From NCBI GenBank assembly GCA_965262115.1, contig OZ253496.1:992001-1056000 (forward strand): a stretch of DNA of 64,000 bases, written 5' to 3'. The DNA comes from Nitrospinales bacterium (GTDB taxonomy: Bacteria; Nitrospinota; Nitrospinia; Nitrospinales; VA-1). Each line of letters opens with the position of its first letter. Positions within the stretch are counted from its first letter, which is position 1. Both the position numbers and the translations under genes were made by a program. The notes beneath the pieces are model-generated. The model was not told the origin of the DNA and made no database searches. It was given only the letters and a program-made list of their open reading frames with translations. Below, one piece after another: positions 52,423 to 61,716 of the stretch.

Positions 52423-53370
52423 TTACCATCGGGCGTGGCCCGTGATGCTTTTAGCCAACTCTTCGACAAACCGTTCCAGATATTCTGGAGAGGTCGCAGA
52501 CAAGTGCGGTTGAATGAGAACGTTGTCAGTCTCCCACAATGGCGAGGATTCGGGCAGAGGTTCCTCTTCAAACACATCGAGGTAGGCCCCGGCAATTTCC
52601 CCGGTTCTTAACGCCTCAACCAAATCACTCTCTCGACAGACATTCCCCCGTCCCACATTATAAAAATAGCAGGACTTCAGCAATGCCTTGAAATGTTCTG
52701 CCTGAAGGATTGCGTTTGTCTCATCTCCTCCAGGTAAAACGCAGATAAGGTGATCGGTTTGTGGAAAAACCTGTTGCCAGTTTTCAAAAGTGCGAATTCG
52801 ATCTGCAGTGGAAAAATAACGCGGAACAGGAAAAAGGTTTCTTTTGATTCCTGTAATAGTGCATCCAAAAGGTTTCAGTCTTTCAGCAATGACATTGCCG
52901 ATTCTTCCAAACCCTAAAATGGTAACCCGGCTTTTGTAGAGCGAGTTCAGTTTTTCAGAGATCTTAACCCGCGCCCATTTTTTCTGTTTCTGCATGGTTG
53001 CCGATAAAGAAAAGGCTTTCAAAAAATAAAGCATGGCTCCGACAACGCTTTCTGCGATCAGGCTTCCGTGGAACCCGCCGAAGGAAATTTCCACATTTTC
53101 AGGAGACTCAAATTGGATCCAGTCATTGCCCGCCGCAGGCGTGGCGATGAGCTTCAACTGAGGTGCCGATTCCAGCCACCGCTCCTTAAAAACCCAAACA
53201 ATCACCGCCTGAGCCTTAGGCAGGCGGTCTTTGAAGTCTTTAGAGTTCTGGCAGACTTCCACTTTCAATCCGGGAACCTGGCTCTCTAACAAAGCTTTAT
53301 GTTCCAGCTTAAAGTTCCAGGCCTCAACATGAGGATGGGTTAAATAAACCAGAATATTTTTGATAGACAT
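52423..53370 (-). CDS. D-isomer specific 2-hydroxyacid dehydrogenase
   Basis: ILGFGRIG, YNVGRG, AYLDVFEEEPL and PHLS motifs. Confidence 0.9.
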   Translation of the reverse strand: MSIKNILVYLTHPHVEAWNFKLEHKALLESQVPGLKVEVCQNSKDFKDRLPKAQAVIVWVFKERWLESAPQLKLIATPAAGNDWIQFESPENVEISFGGFHGSLIAESVVGAMLYFLKAFSLSATMQKQKKWARVKISEKLNSLYKSRVTILGFGRIGNVIAERLKPFGCTITGIKRNLFPVPRYFSTADRIRTFENWQQVFPQTDHLICVLPGGDETNAILQAEHFKALLKSCYFYNVGRGNVCRESDLVEALRTGEIAGAYLDVFEEEPLPESSPLWETDNVLIQPHLSATSPEYLERFVEELAKSITGHARW

Positions 53371-53605
53371 CGTTCTTCACCGCAAAAAATACAAGGTTTC
53401 CGTTTACAGCAAAAGCTAAATGATCCCACGATTTCAAGCCGACAGGGTTTTCTATCAGAGAGGAAATGACCTGGATAACCGATGCTTAGAGTGTGCACAT
53501 AAGTGAACACTTTTATCCAATATCATAACTGCCCGAAAACCAATAGATTTACTCGCAAATCAATAACTTTTTAAAAAATTTGGGCTTACTTGATTGGCTC
53601 CATTT

Positions 53606-53620
53606 TGGCCCGGTTTTTGC
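53606..53620 (+). promoter_or_regulatory. Sigma-54 (-24/-12) promoter of the HU/IHF gene
   Basis: TGGCCCGGTTTTTGC: GG and GC are exactly 10 nt apart, about 50 nt upstream of the ATG. Confidence 0.6.
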
Positions 53621-53672
53621 CCTATCTAGTTATAGCAATTAACAAATGTTTTCCAACTTCAGGAGGAGCATC

Positions 53673-54029
53673 ATGACACGAGCGCAATTGGTGAGCAAGT
53701 TGTCGTCGCGAATGGATGTGACCAAAAAAAGAAGCCGATCTTTATTTGACCGCGTTCTGGATTCAATCATGGAGACCCTGCACAAAGACGGTCGTGTGGT
53801 CGTCCAGGGATTTGAATCGTTCAAAGTCAACGAATACAAAGCCCGGATCGCGAAAAAACCACTGACCGGAGAACTTATTCAACTACCGGTACGTCGCAAA
53901 CCCGGTTTTCATGCAGGTAAAGAATTGCGCGAACGCGTGAACGCGGAAATGGTTCAGGTGCAGGAAGCCGAAGCGTTGATCCGCCGCCTTCAAACTCCAG
54001 AGAATGTGTTCAGCGTTTCAGCGGGGTAG
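53673..54029 (+). CDS. HU/IHF family DNA-binding protein
   Basis: MTRAQLV...GRVVVQGF.SF...PLTGE...PGFHAGKELRERVN; AGGAGG RBS. Confidence 0.85.
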   Translation: MTRAQLVSKLSSRMDVTKKRSRSLFDRVLDSIMETLHKDGRVVVQGFESFKVNEYKARIAKKPLTGELIQLPVRRKPGFHAGKELRERVNAEMVQVQEAEALIRRLQTPENVFSVSAG

Positions 54030-54143
54030 AACATACCCCCGCGCGCGAACCTTTCTAGCCGTTCGCGGGATTTGTGGTATGATTACGTCAGGACACGACT
54101 CCTGATTTCAGGATTAATGTTTCTTCATTCAAGGAGCCTCAGC

Positions 54144-54413
54144 ATGTCCAGGGACACCTGTAGCAAATGTGGTGAGAAAAACATCCTCAAGGGCGATATT
54201 AGCCTGAGAACCGGCAAGGATAAGGAGCTGATCATGGTGGTTCGGCAGGATCACGGGGTCGAGAAAAGTGTCCCCTTGCAACCCAGCATCTGCGCCCAAT
54301 GCGGTTTTGTCGATTTATATGTGCGCGATCCGATCCACTTGAAAATCAGCACCGAAGACAAACCGATCAACCCCGATTTTAAGCAACGCCCTCTTCTGGA
54401 ATCCGATTTTTAA
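54144..54413 (+). CDS. Small zinc-ribbon protein
   Basis: CSKCG...CAQCGFVDLY; AAGGAG RBS. Confidence 0.65.
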   Translation: MSRDTCSKCGEKNILKGDISLRTGKDKELIMVVRQDHGVEKSVPLQPSICAQCGFVDLYVRDPIHLKISTEDKPINPDFKQRPLLESDF

Positions 54414-54571
54414 ATCCCTTCCTTAAATGTTTACCGGTTTGATTATTTTACCCTTCGCCAGTGTTAACTCTTGTGTGATACCCATTTATACGCCAAAATG
54501 TAAATGTAGTCTGGGAATGTGCCGGTTCGAATTTCTTTAATTGAGCAATCAGGTTTTATTTCGCTCTCCTT

Positions 54572-55249
54572 ATGGCCAGACCTTCTAAAGATGAAATTCA
54601 CTACCTGCTTCTAAAGCTCCATTCCCTGACTGGACTTGTTCCAATCGGTGCTTTTCTGGTTGTTCATTTATGCGTCAACTCCCTTCGTACTGTGGGACCG
54701 TGGCCCTACCAACTCAGCATTGACGCGATCAACAATCTGCCTTTCCTCCTGATCATCGAAATAACTTTTATATACATCCCTCTCCTGTTTCATTCAGTGA
54801 TGGGATTTTATGTAATGCACCATGCCAAGACCAATGTGCATCGATACCGATATCCCCGAAATGGCCTGTACACATTGCAACGCCTTTCTGGTGCTGTTGT
54901 TTTTGTTTTTCTGATTTACCACCTGGGAACCACGGTGGCCCCCAAGTTATGGGAGGGCAAACACCATTTTGAAGCGGCTCCCTTTTTGATCGACATTCTG
55001 AACGGTGAATTTCAAACCTGGCAGGGAATTCTGGTCTACACCATCGGCATTGTTTCGGCCACCTTTCACTTCAGCAACGGTCTCTGGGGGTTCTGTGTTT
55101 CATGGGGAATTTTGATTGGCGAAAACGCACAGAGAAACGGGGCAATCGTTTTCGCGACGATCGGCTTGGCGCTCACAGTTCTGGGTATGGCCACAGTGTT
55201 AGAATTTAATATGAACCCGGTTCCTGTTGAAGCTACGGTGGCGAGATAA
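54572..55249 (+). CDS. sdhC: Succinate dehydrogenase/fumarate reductase cytochrome b subunit (b558 type)
   Basis: KLHSLTG, five TM helices, His ligands, FHFSNGLW. Confidence 0.9.
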   Translation: MARPSKDEIHYLLLKLHSLTGLVPIGAFLVVHLCVNSLRTVGPWPYQLSIDAINNLPFLLIIEITFIYIPLLFHSVMGFYVMHHAKTNVHRYRYPRNGLYTLQRLSGAVVFVFLIYHLGTTVAPKLWEGKHHFEAAPFLIDILNGEFQTWQGILVYTIGIVSATFHFSNGLWGFCVSWGILIGENAQRNGAIVFATIGLALTVLGMATVLEFNMNPVPVEATVAR

Positions 55250-55253
55250 GCGC

Positions 55254-57194
55254 ATGATGAATAGAAAGAAAAAAATTATTATTATCGGGGGCGGACTGGC
55301 CGGATTGGCTCTGGCTATGAAGTTTTGCGAACGCAAGGGGGAAGTGACCGTTGTGTCTTACCAGTCGCTAAAACGATCACATTCGGTTTGCGCACAAGGT
55401 GGCATCAATGCTGCCATCGACGCAAAGAACGAGGGCGATACTCCTGAAAAACATTTTTACGACACCATCAAGGGGGGCGACTTTCTAGCCCACCAACCCC
55501 TGGTGCGTGACATGTGCTATCAGGCTCCAGCCATCATCCACCTGATGGACCGAATGGGTGTGGCGTTTAACCGGACCGGTGAAGGGCATCTCGATTTTCG
55601 CAGGTTCGGCGGCACGCTTTATAACCGCACCGCTTTTGCCGGGGCCACCACCGGGCAACAACTTGTTTACGCACTCGATGAACAAGTCCGGCGCCATGTC
55701 CATGACGGCGCTGCCAAGACATTGGAATGGCATGAATATTTAGGAGCCGTTCTTGATTCCGAAGGAATTTGCCGAGGTGCGGTGATTCACGACCTGAGAA
55801 CCGATGAGATCTATACCTTGCAGGCGGATGCTGTGGTATTGGCCACCGGTGGGCCCGGGCAGGTTTATGCGCGGTCCACCAATTCGGTAGTCAACACCGG
55901 GGCCGCCGCCACAACCGCTTACCTGCAGGGGGCCAAGTATGCCAATGGCGAGTTCATCCAGATCCACCCCACCGCCATTCCCGGACAGGACAAGCTCCGG
56001 CTGATGAGCGAGTCAGCCAGAGGTGAAGGTGGGCGCATCTGGGTACCGCGCGATGCCAACGACAAGCGGGACCCGAAAAAAATCCCCGAAAGCGAACGCT
56101 ATTATTTTCTCGAAGAAAGATATCCCCTTTTCAAAAATCTCGTTCCCCGAGATGTCGCCAGCCGGGAAATTTATGACATCGTCTACAACCAGAACCTTGG
56201 AATAAGTGGCGACCCAATGGTCTATCTCGACCTGACCCATAAATCGAGAGAATTCCTGGATAACCGTCTCGGCGGAATTTTGGACATCTATACCAAGTTC
56301 ACCGGCGTGGATCCCCGCGAAACTCCCATGAAAATCTTTCCCGCAGTGCATTACTCCATGGGAGGATTGTGGACCGACTACGGCCCGGACAACGATGGGT
56401 TAATCGATCACGGGTCTCCTAAAAACCAGATGACATCCATTCAAGGGCTGTTTGCTGCGGGAGAAGCAGACTACCAATATCACGGCGCTAACCGGCTGGG
56501 TGCCAACTCGCTATTGAGCTGTATTTATACGGGACTGATGATGGCCCGGGGCATCATGAACTACACGGACTCTCTGGAAAAATCGGTGGACGATATCCCC
56601 TCCAAGGTCTTCGATGACACCCGCTCACACTGGCAAAACCGGTTTAACGATATCAAAAAAATGGATGGCGCGGAAAACCCTCATAAATTGCATCACGAGT
56701 TGGGGGATATCATGCTGGCAAATGTTCTCATCGTCCGGGATAATAAATCCTTGGAAAAAGCCGTTCACGCGATCAATGATATTGAAACACGGTTCCTGGA
56801 TGTGAAGTGTTTGGATACGCATGACTGGGCCAACCCGTCGCCCAGTTTCATCAACCAGTTATATTGCATGATCCATCTTTCAAAAATCATCACCAAAGGC
56901 GCTTTAATGAGAGACGAGTTTCGTGGGAGCCATTACAAACCGGATTTCGACATGAACCAGCCCAAAGACTTTGATCCTCATGAATACATCGATTATCTGG
57001 AACAAAAACAATATGGGGAAGTGAGCATCGAGAAATTTCCTGCCGACCATCTCGACTATATGAAGCGGTTCGCGGCGAACAACGAAAAATGGCTTAAAAC
57101 AACAGTGGCCCAATATAAAGACAATCAGCCGGAGATCACCTACGAAGAGGTCAACACCTCGCTGGTGACACCGCGGCCGAGAAAATATGATTGA
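55254..57194 (+). CDS. sdhA: Succinate dehydrogenase flavoprotein subunit
   Basis: GGGLAG, RSHSVCAQGG, QIHPT, SESARGEGG, HYSMGG and HGANRLGANSL motifs. Confidence 0.96.
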   Translation: MMNRKKKIIIIGGGLAGLALAMKFCERKGEVTVVSYQSLKRSHSVCAQGGINAAIDAKNEGDTPEKHFYDTIKGGDFLAHQPLVRDMCYQAPAIIHLMDRMGVAFNRTGEGHLDFRRFGGTLYNRTAFAGATTGQQLVYALDEQVRRHVHDGAAKTLEWHEYLGAVLDSEGICRGAVIHDLRTDEIYTLQADAVVLATGGPGQVYARSTNSVVNTGAAATTAYLQGAKYANGEFIQIHPTAIPGQDKLRLMSESARGEGGRIWVPRDANDKRDPKKIPESERYYFLEERYPLFKNLVPRDVASREIYDIVYNQNLGISGDPMVYLDLTHKSREFLDNRLGGILDIYTKFTGVDPRETPMKIFPAVHYSMGGLWTDYGPDNDGLIDHGSPKNQMTSIQGLFAAGEADYQYHGANRLGANSLLSCIYTGLMMARGIMNYTDSLEKSVDDIPSKVFDDTRSHWQNRFNDIKKMDGAENPHKLHHELGDIMLANVLIVRDNKSLEKAVHAINDIETRFLDVKCLDTHDWANPSPSFINQLYCMIHLSKIITKGALMRDEFRGSHYKPDFDMNQPKDFDPHEYIDYLEQKQYGEVSIEKFPADHLDYMKRFAANNEKWLKTTVAQYKDNQPEITYEEVNTSLVTPRPRKYD

Positions 57195-57203
57195 CAAATC
57201 ACT

Positions 57204-57953
57204 ATGACTGAAGAAAACATAACCCTAAAGATCAAGCGTCAGGACACACCCAGTTCCTCGGCCTACTGGCAGACCTTTGAGGTCCCCAACAAGCCATTTG
57301 CCAATATCATTTCCTGCCTGATGGAAGTCCAGATGTCACCCACAACAGTGGATGGAAAAACGGTGCATCCGGTTACGTGGGATAGCAATTGTCTGGAAGA
57401 GGTTTGCGGCTCCTGCACCATGGTGATCAATGGCCGGGTTCGACAAGCCTGCACCGCGTTGGTGGATAAACTGGAGAAGCCAATTACCCTGGAACCCATG
57501 TCCAAATTTCCGGTCGTGCGTGACCTTCAGGTCAACCGCCAACGTATGTTCGAAAACCTGAAGAAAGTCAAGGCCTGGATCGAAATTGACGGAAGCCATG
57601 ACATCGGGGAAGGACCGATCATGCCGGATCAGGATCGCGCCAAGCGTTATGTCATGTCAGAGTGCATGACTTGCGGATGTTGCCTGGAAGCGTGCCCTCA
57701 ATTCACTTTAGACAATACCTTTTTGGGAGCCTCCACCTTCAATCAAGTCCGCCTTTTTAACCTGCACCCCACAGGAGAAATGAGAAAAGAGGACAGGCTG
57801 AATGCCGTCATGGGGGAAGGAGGCATCGCCGATTGTGGCAACGCGCAGGTCTGCGTTGAGGTATGCCCTAAAAATATCCCGCTTACGGAGTCGATTGCCG
57901 ATATTGGCCGCCAAACAACCTGGCAAGCGATAAAAAACCTCTTCACAAAATAG
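57204..57953 (+). CDS. sdhB: Succinate dehydrogenase iron-sulfur subunit
   Basis: CLEEVCGSC, CMTCGCCLEACP and CGNAQVCVEVCP clusters. Confidence 0.96.
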   Translation: MTEENITLKIKRQDTPSSSAYWQTFEVPNKPFANIISCLMEVQMSPTTVDGKTVHPVTWDSNCLEEVCGSCTMVINGRVRQACTALVDKLEKPITLEPMSKFPVVRDLQVNRQRMFENLKKVKAWIEIDGSHDIGEGPIMPDQDRAKRYVMSECMTCGCCLEACPQFTLDNTFLGASTFNQVRLFNLHPTGEMRKEDRLNAVMGEGGIADCGNAQVCVEVCPKNIPLTESIADIGRQTTWQAIKNLFTK

Positions 57954-57966
57954 AGGTTTTTTTATT
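57932..57966 (+). terminator. Possible intrinsic terminator overlapping the sdhB stop
   Basis: AAAAAACCTCT...AGAGGTTTTTT hairpin followed by a T-run. Confidence 0.45.
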
Positions 57967-58049
57967 TAAAAGCCTGGTGCAGTTTGCTATGATTTAGGCT
58001 GTCGGTTTGCGAATAAATTTAAGAATACGTCCATAGAGGAATATATATA

Positions 58050-58937
58050 ATGAAAGTCTCCCTTGCCAGCGCAATGGGCACCTGTTTTGGAGTTCGAGAT
58101 GCTATCGACCTTGCCATGTCTCCGGAATTTCATTCCGACCTGACCATCGTGGGCCAATTGGTCCATAACCCGCAAGTCAGTGAATCTTTAAAGCAGAATG
58201 GGGTCTCCATTGTACCGGGAATCGAAGATATAGATAAAATCAAGACCAAGAAGGTCATGATCACCGCGCATGGAGCAGCTGAAAAAACCAAACAAAAACT
58301 TCACGAAGCCGGCTTCATTGTCTATGACGCAAGTTGTCCGCTGGTGATGAGGGTCCATCAAACCGTTAAATCACTGGTGACAAAAGGCTATTTCCCGGTT
58401 GTGATCGGGCAGAAGGACCATGTGGAAGTTAAAGGAATCGTGGGGGATTTGGATGATTATGTGGTCATCAATAGCGAAGAGGACTTTGACAAGATCAGGG
58501 CTTCCGGCAAACGCAAATTTGGAATCGTCTCCCAGACCACCCAGCAAACTGATAAAGTTGAGGGTCTTGTGGAAAAAATCAGGGCTCTCGAATTTGTGGA
58601 TGATGTGACATTTGTCAATACCATCTGCCAGCCTACCCAGGACCGACAGGTGGCGGTGCATGAACTGGCCGATCAAGTCGATTTGATGATCGTTATAGGT
58701 GGTTATAATTCTTCCAATACAAAAAAGCTGGTGCAGGTTTGCGAAGAGAAAGGTGTTGAGGCGCGCCATATCGAATCGTTCCTCCAATTGAATCAGGAAT
58801 GGTTCATTGGCAAACAACATGTGGGAATTACTGCGGGGACCAGCACCCCGGAAGATATCATCAATCAAGTACATTCCGAGATTTTAAAGATTGCCAAAAA
58901 GGTTGAAGGTCTGGAAGAAAAAGTGCTCCATTCCTGA
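58050..58937 (+). CDS. ispH: 4-hydroxy-3-methylbut-2-enyl diphosphate reductase
   Basis: GTCFGV, LVHN, TAHG, DASCPLV, HVEV, QTT, NTIC, SSNT and TAGTSTP motifs. Confidence 0.95.
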   Translation: MKVSLASAMGTCFGVRDAIDLAMSPEFHSDLTIVGQLVHNPQVSESLKQNGVSIVPGIEDIDKIKTKKVMITAHGAAEKTKQKLHEAGFIVYDASCPLVMRVHQTVKSLVTKGYFPVVIGQKDHVEVKGIVGDLDDYVVINSEEDFDKIRASGKRKFGIVSQTTQQTDKVEGLVEKIRALEFVDDVTFVNTICQPTQDRQVAVHELADQVDLMIVIGGYNSSNTKKLVQVCEEKGVEARHIESFLQLNQEWFIGKQHVGITAGTSTPEDIINQVHSEILKIAKKVEGLEEKVLHS

Positions 58938-59087
58938 TAGAAATCGACAAACCCTGCCGGAGACTTCTAGAGTTACGGTTTTTGAGATCACGTTTTTTCA
59001 AGCAACTCTCTTTTTCCTTTTATCCTGTAATCATTTTGAATCTTTTTTGCCCCGGGTTTACCCAGAGGGGGGTTTCTTTTTCCAAAA

Positions 59088-60191
59088 ATGGACGACTGGA
59101 CCTATTGCGTACAAATACTTCCCAAGGTTAGCAGAACCTTTGCGCTCAACATATCCGTTCTAAGGGGCGAGTTTCACCGAAGCATTCTCACCGCCTATCT
59201 TTTTTGCCGGACCGTGGACACGGTGGAAGACGCGGCAAAACTGGACCCGAAAATAAAAACCCGACTCTTGATGGAGTTTTCAAGGTTGATCGAAGACCGG
59301 GATTACCGCGAAAAGAATCTCGCGGCATGGGTTGAAGAATGCACGGCAGTCGATGGCACCCCCAATGACCTTGATCTTCTCCACCAGGTTCTCCGGGTGT
59401 TCAACGTCTTTGACTCGCTCCCCAAAAACCATCAGGACCAGATTATTCCTTCTGTTTCAAAAATGGCGAAAGGCATGGCCTTTTTCCAAAGCCGTTTTCA
59501 GTTCGGCGAAATCACTCCGCTGGAAAACATACAGGACCTTGAAGAATATTGTTATTTTGTCGCAGGGGTCGTGGGGGAAATGCTGTGCAACCTGTTTTTC
59601 CAAAAACTGCCGCATTTGTCAGAAACAGCACGAAACACCATGCGCCAAAATGCCGTATCGTTCGGGCTCGGACTGCAAATGACCAACATATCCAAAGATA
59701 TTATTGCCGACCGTGACAGAGGCTGGTCGTATATTCCCCGAAGTATTATTTCTGAAAAAGGTTTGACCATGGACGAATTTCATTCAGGAACCTCCATGGA
59801 TAAAAACCTGCAAATCCTGGAAGGTTTGCTTAGCAAAACCAATGGTCATTTGCACGATGCCTTGAAGTTCACCCTGGCCATCCCCAGAACCGAGATTACC
59901 CTGCGCCTGTTTTGTATCTGGCCTTTATGGATGGCCGTTAAAACCGTGGCCGTGTTGCACAACAATCCTGAACTGCTGAACTCAAACGCCCAAGTGAAAA
60001 TTTCGCGGAGCACGGTAAAGCGTATTTTATTCGGCACCCCTTTCATCGCGTGGTCCAATAATCTTCTGAAATATTCCTTTGCAAACATCATCAACGATAG
60101 CGCGTTTCAAAATCCTCCCGCCTTTGATCTGGAAGGACTGAAGTCGCGCTTGGAAAAGATTGCACTGGATACTGTTAACTCTATCACTTAA
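59088..60191 (+). CDS. Squalene/phytoene synthase family (FDFT1-like squalene synthase)
   Basis: VSRTFAL, YLFCRTVDTVED, YCYFVAGVVG and GLQMTNISKD motifs. Confidence 0.85.
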   Translation: MDDWTYCVQILPKVSRTFALNISVLRGEFHRSILTAYLFCRTVDTVEDAAKLDPKIKTRLLMEFSRLIEDRDYREKNLAAWVEECTAVDGTPNDLDLLHQVLRVFNVFDSLPKNHQDQIIPSVSKMAKGMAFFQSRFQFGEITPLENIQDLEEYCYFVAGVVGEMLCNLFFQKLPHLSETARNTMRQNAVSFGLGLQMTNISKDIIADRDRGWSYIPRSIISEKGLTMDEFHSGTSMDKNLQILEGLLSKTNGHLHDALKFTLAIPRTEITLRLFCIWPLWMAVKTVAVLHNNPELLNSNAQVKISRSTVKRILFGTPFIAWSNNLLKYSFANIINDSAFQNPPAFDLEGLKSRLEKIALDTVNSIT

Positions 60192-60204
60192 AATTATAAA
60201 TATC

Positions 60205-60636
60205 ATGTCTGATCAAAACCGATTTAAATACAATCAGGATAGCACCATAACCGACACCCAAACCACTCTTATATGGATTCGAGAAGACGGATGGCAACAG
60301 GAAGGTAGATGGTTCACCTGGGATGAAGCTATGGATTGGGCCGTGGATATGGCTTGCAAAAACTTTGGCGGCCTTCAAGACTGGAGACTGCCTATCGAGG
60401 AAGAAATCCAGACCTTGTATAATTCCGAAGTAATAAACCAGGATAAGTATGGAAAGGATATTCATCTGGAAACCGTTTTTCCACCCGGAGGCCAGGCGAC
60501 CGTCTGGCTGAGAAGCGAATCGGGACACGAGGGAACTATATTCGATTTTAAAAATGGGGAATTCCGCTCCTTATATAAAAGCAAAACCGGTAGAATGTCT
60601 GTCCGGCTGGTGCAGGGCAAAATGCCTAGATCCTAA
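60205..60636 (+). CDS. DUF1566 domain protein
   Basis: TITDTQTTLIW, TWDEA, GLQDWRLP..EE and VRLV motifs. Confidence 0.8.
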   Translation: MSDQNRFKYNQDSTITDTQTTLIWIREDGWQQEGRWFTWDEAMDWAVDMACKNFGGLQDWRLPIEEEIQTLYNSEVINQDKYGKDIHLETVFPPGGQATVWLRSESGHEGTIFDFKNGEFRSLYKSKTGRMSVRLVQGKMPRS

Positions 60637-60696
60637 CATTACAGGATGCGGATGAAACTTTTACCTGCTATTATCATCTAATCCTGAATCAATCTA

Positions 60697-61155
60697 ATGA
60701 GGGTTCTTTTGAACAAAAACAGCCTTATTTCCATCGCCGGTGGATTGTGGTGCGTCATTGGTCTGTTCCTTATTTTCCGCGGCTTTGGCTTGTACCAACT
60801 CGCGGGCCAGGAACAACACGCGACTCAAGTCGCTATCATCCTTTCTGTAATCACAGCCGTGGTGATCGGGTTGGTTAAAGGAAAGTTTATATTATGCAAA
60901 ACCGCCCGGAAAAATAAATCCCGGATTTATGGACTGGAGGACCCGGTCCACATCCATCAAATTTTCGCCAAACCGTTTTATATTTTGATCCCGATGATGA
61001 TGGGCCTTGGAGTTCTCTTGCGCTCCTATAATGAGTACCTGGGAGGATATGTGGTCGTCGCCACGATTTATTGCGGAATAGGAATAGCCTTGATCGTTTC
61101 CAGCCGCACCTATTGGGCAAAGGAGCCAGCTGCTCCCGTACCGGATAACTCCTGA
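60697..61155 (+). CDS. Membrane hypothetical protein
   Basis: Four hydrophobic segments; MMMGLGVLLR motif. Confidence 0.7.
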   Translation: MRVLLNKNSLISIAGGLWCVIGLFLIFRGFGLYQLAGQEQHATQVAIILSVITAVVIGLVKGKFILCKTARKNKSRIYGLEDPVHIHQIFAKPFYILIPMMMGLGVLLRSYNEYLGGYVVVATIYCGIGIALIVSSRTYWAKEPAAPVPDNS

Positions 61156-61172
61156 CAAAAGGAATGTCTTAA

Positions 61173-61580
61173 ATGGAAAATTTTTTTCTTACACTGCACA
61201 TGATATCCATGTGCCTGGTTATTGGAACCTTGTTTTTGCAATCCCTTTCCGTTGTCTTCCGCTTGCGCTTGAAATCCGCAGAAGAAGCAGAAGGTCTCAG
61301 AAAAACCCAGAACCGGATCCACAAATTCATCTACTATCCCATTTTGGCTGTGACTCTCATTTCCGGAACGGTGCTTGCCGTAAAGACCGGGGTTTTTGCC
61401 GAATCTCAATGGATTTACTGGAAATTGGGGCTGCTGGTAGTTCTGATCGCGCTCGGTGTGCAAAACGGCAAACAGATAAAAGAAGATTCTTTACCCAAAA
61501 AATACGCGATGATGGTACATATCGCTATTTTTATTGTCGGCGCTTGCATGATCTACCTCGCCACCATCAAACCCGTTTAA
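61173..61580 (+). CDS. Four-TM membrane protein (DUF2269/CopD-like)
   Basis: LTLHMI, ISG, WIYWKL and C-terminal KP pattern. Confidence 0.7.
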   Translation: MENFFLTLHMISMCLVIGTLFLQSLSVVFRLRLKSAEEAEGLRKTQNRIHKFIYYPILAVTLISGTVLAVKTGVFAESQWIYWKLGLLVVLIALGVQNGKQIKEDSLPKKYAMMVHIAIFIVGACMIYLATIKPV

Positions 61581-61587
61581 TACTGCC

Positions 61588-61716
61588 ATGGACATCCTGC
61601 TCACACTGGTTGCCAGCGTCCTTCTTATCATAGGCTTCTTTGTCATTTGCCAGGCCAGCGACGATGAAGATGATGAGGAGGAGCCGAATAATGAAGCGGA
61701 TCACTCCGAGCCTTGA
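61588..61716 (+). CDS. Small TM protein with an acidic tail (42 aa, below the ORF-track cutoff)
   Basis: MDILLTLVASVLLIIGFFVICQASDDEDDEEEPNNEADHSEP*; fills the gap between co-oriented genes. Confidence 0.55.
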   Translation: MDILLTLVASVLLIIGFFVICQASDDEDDEEEPNNEADHSEP

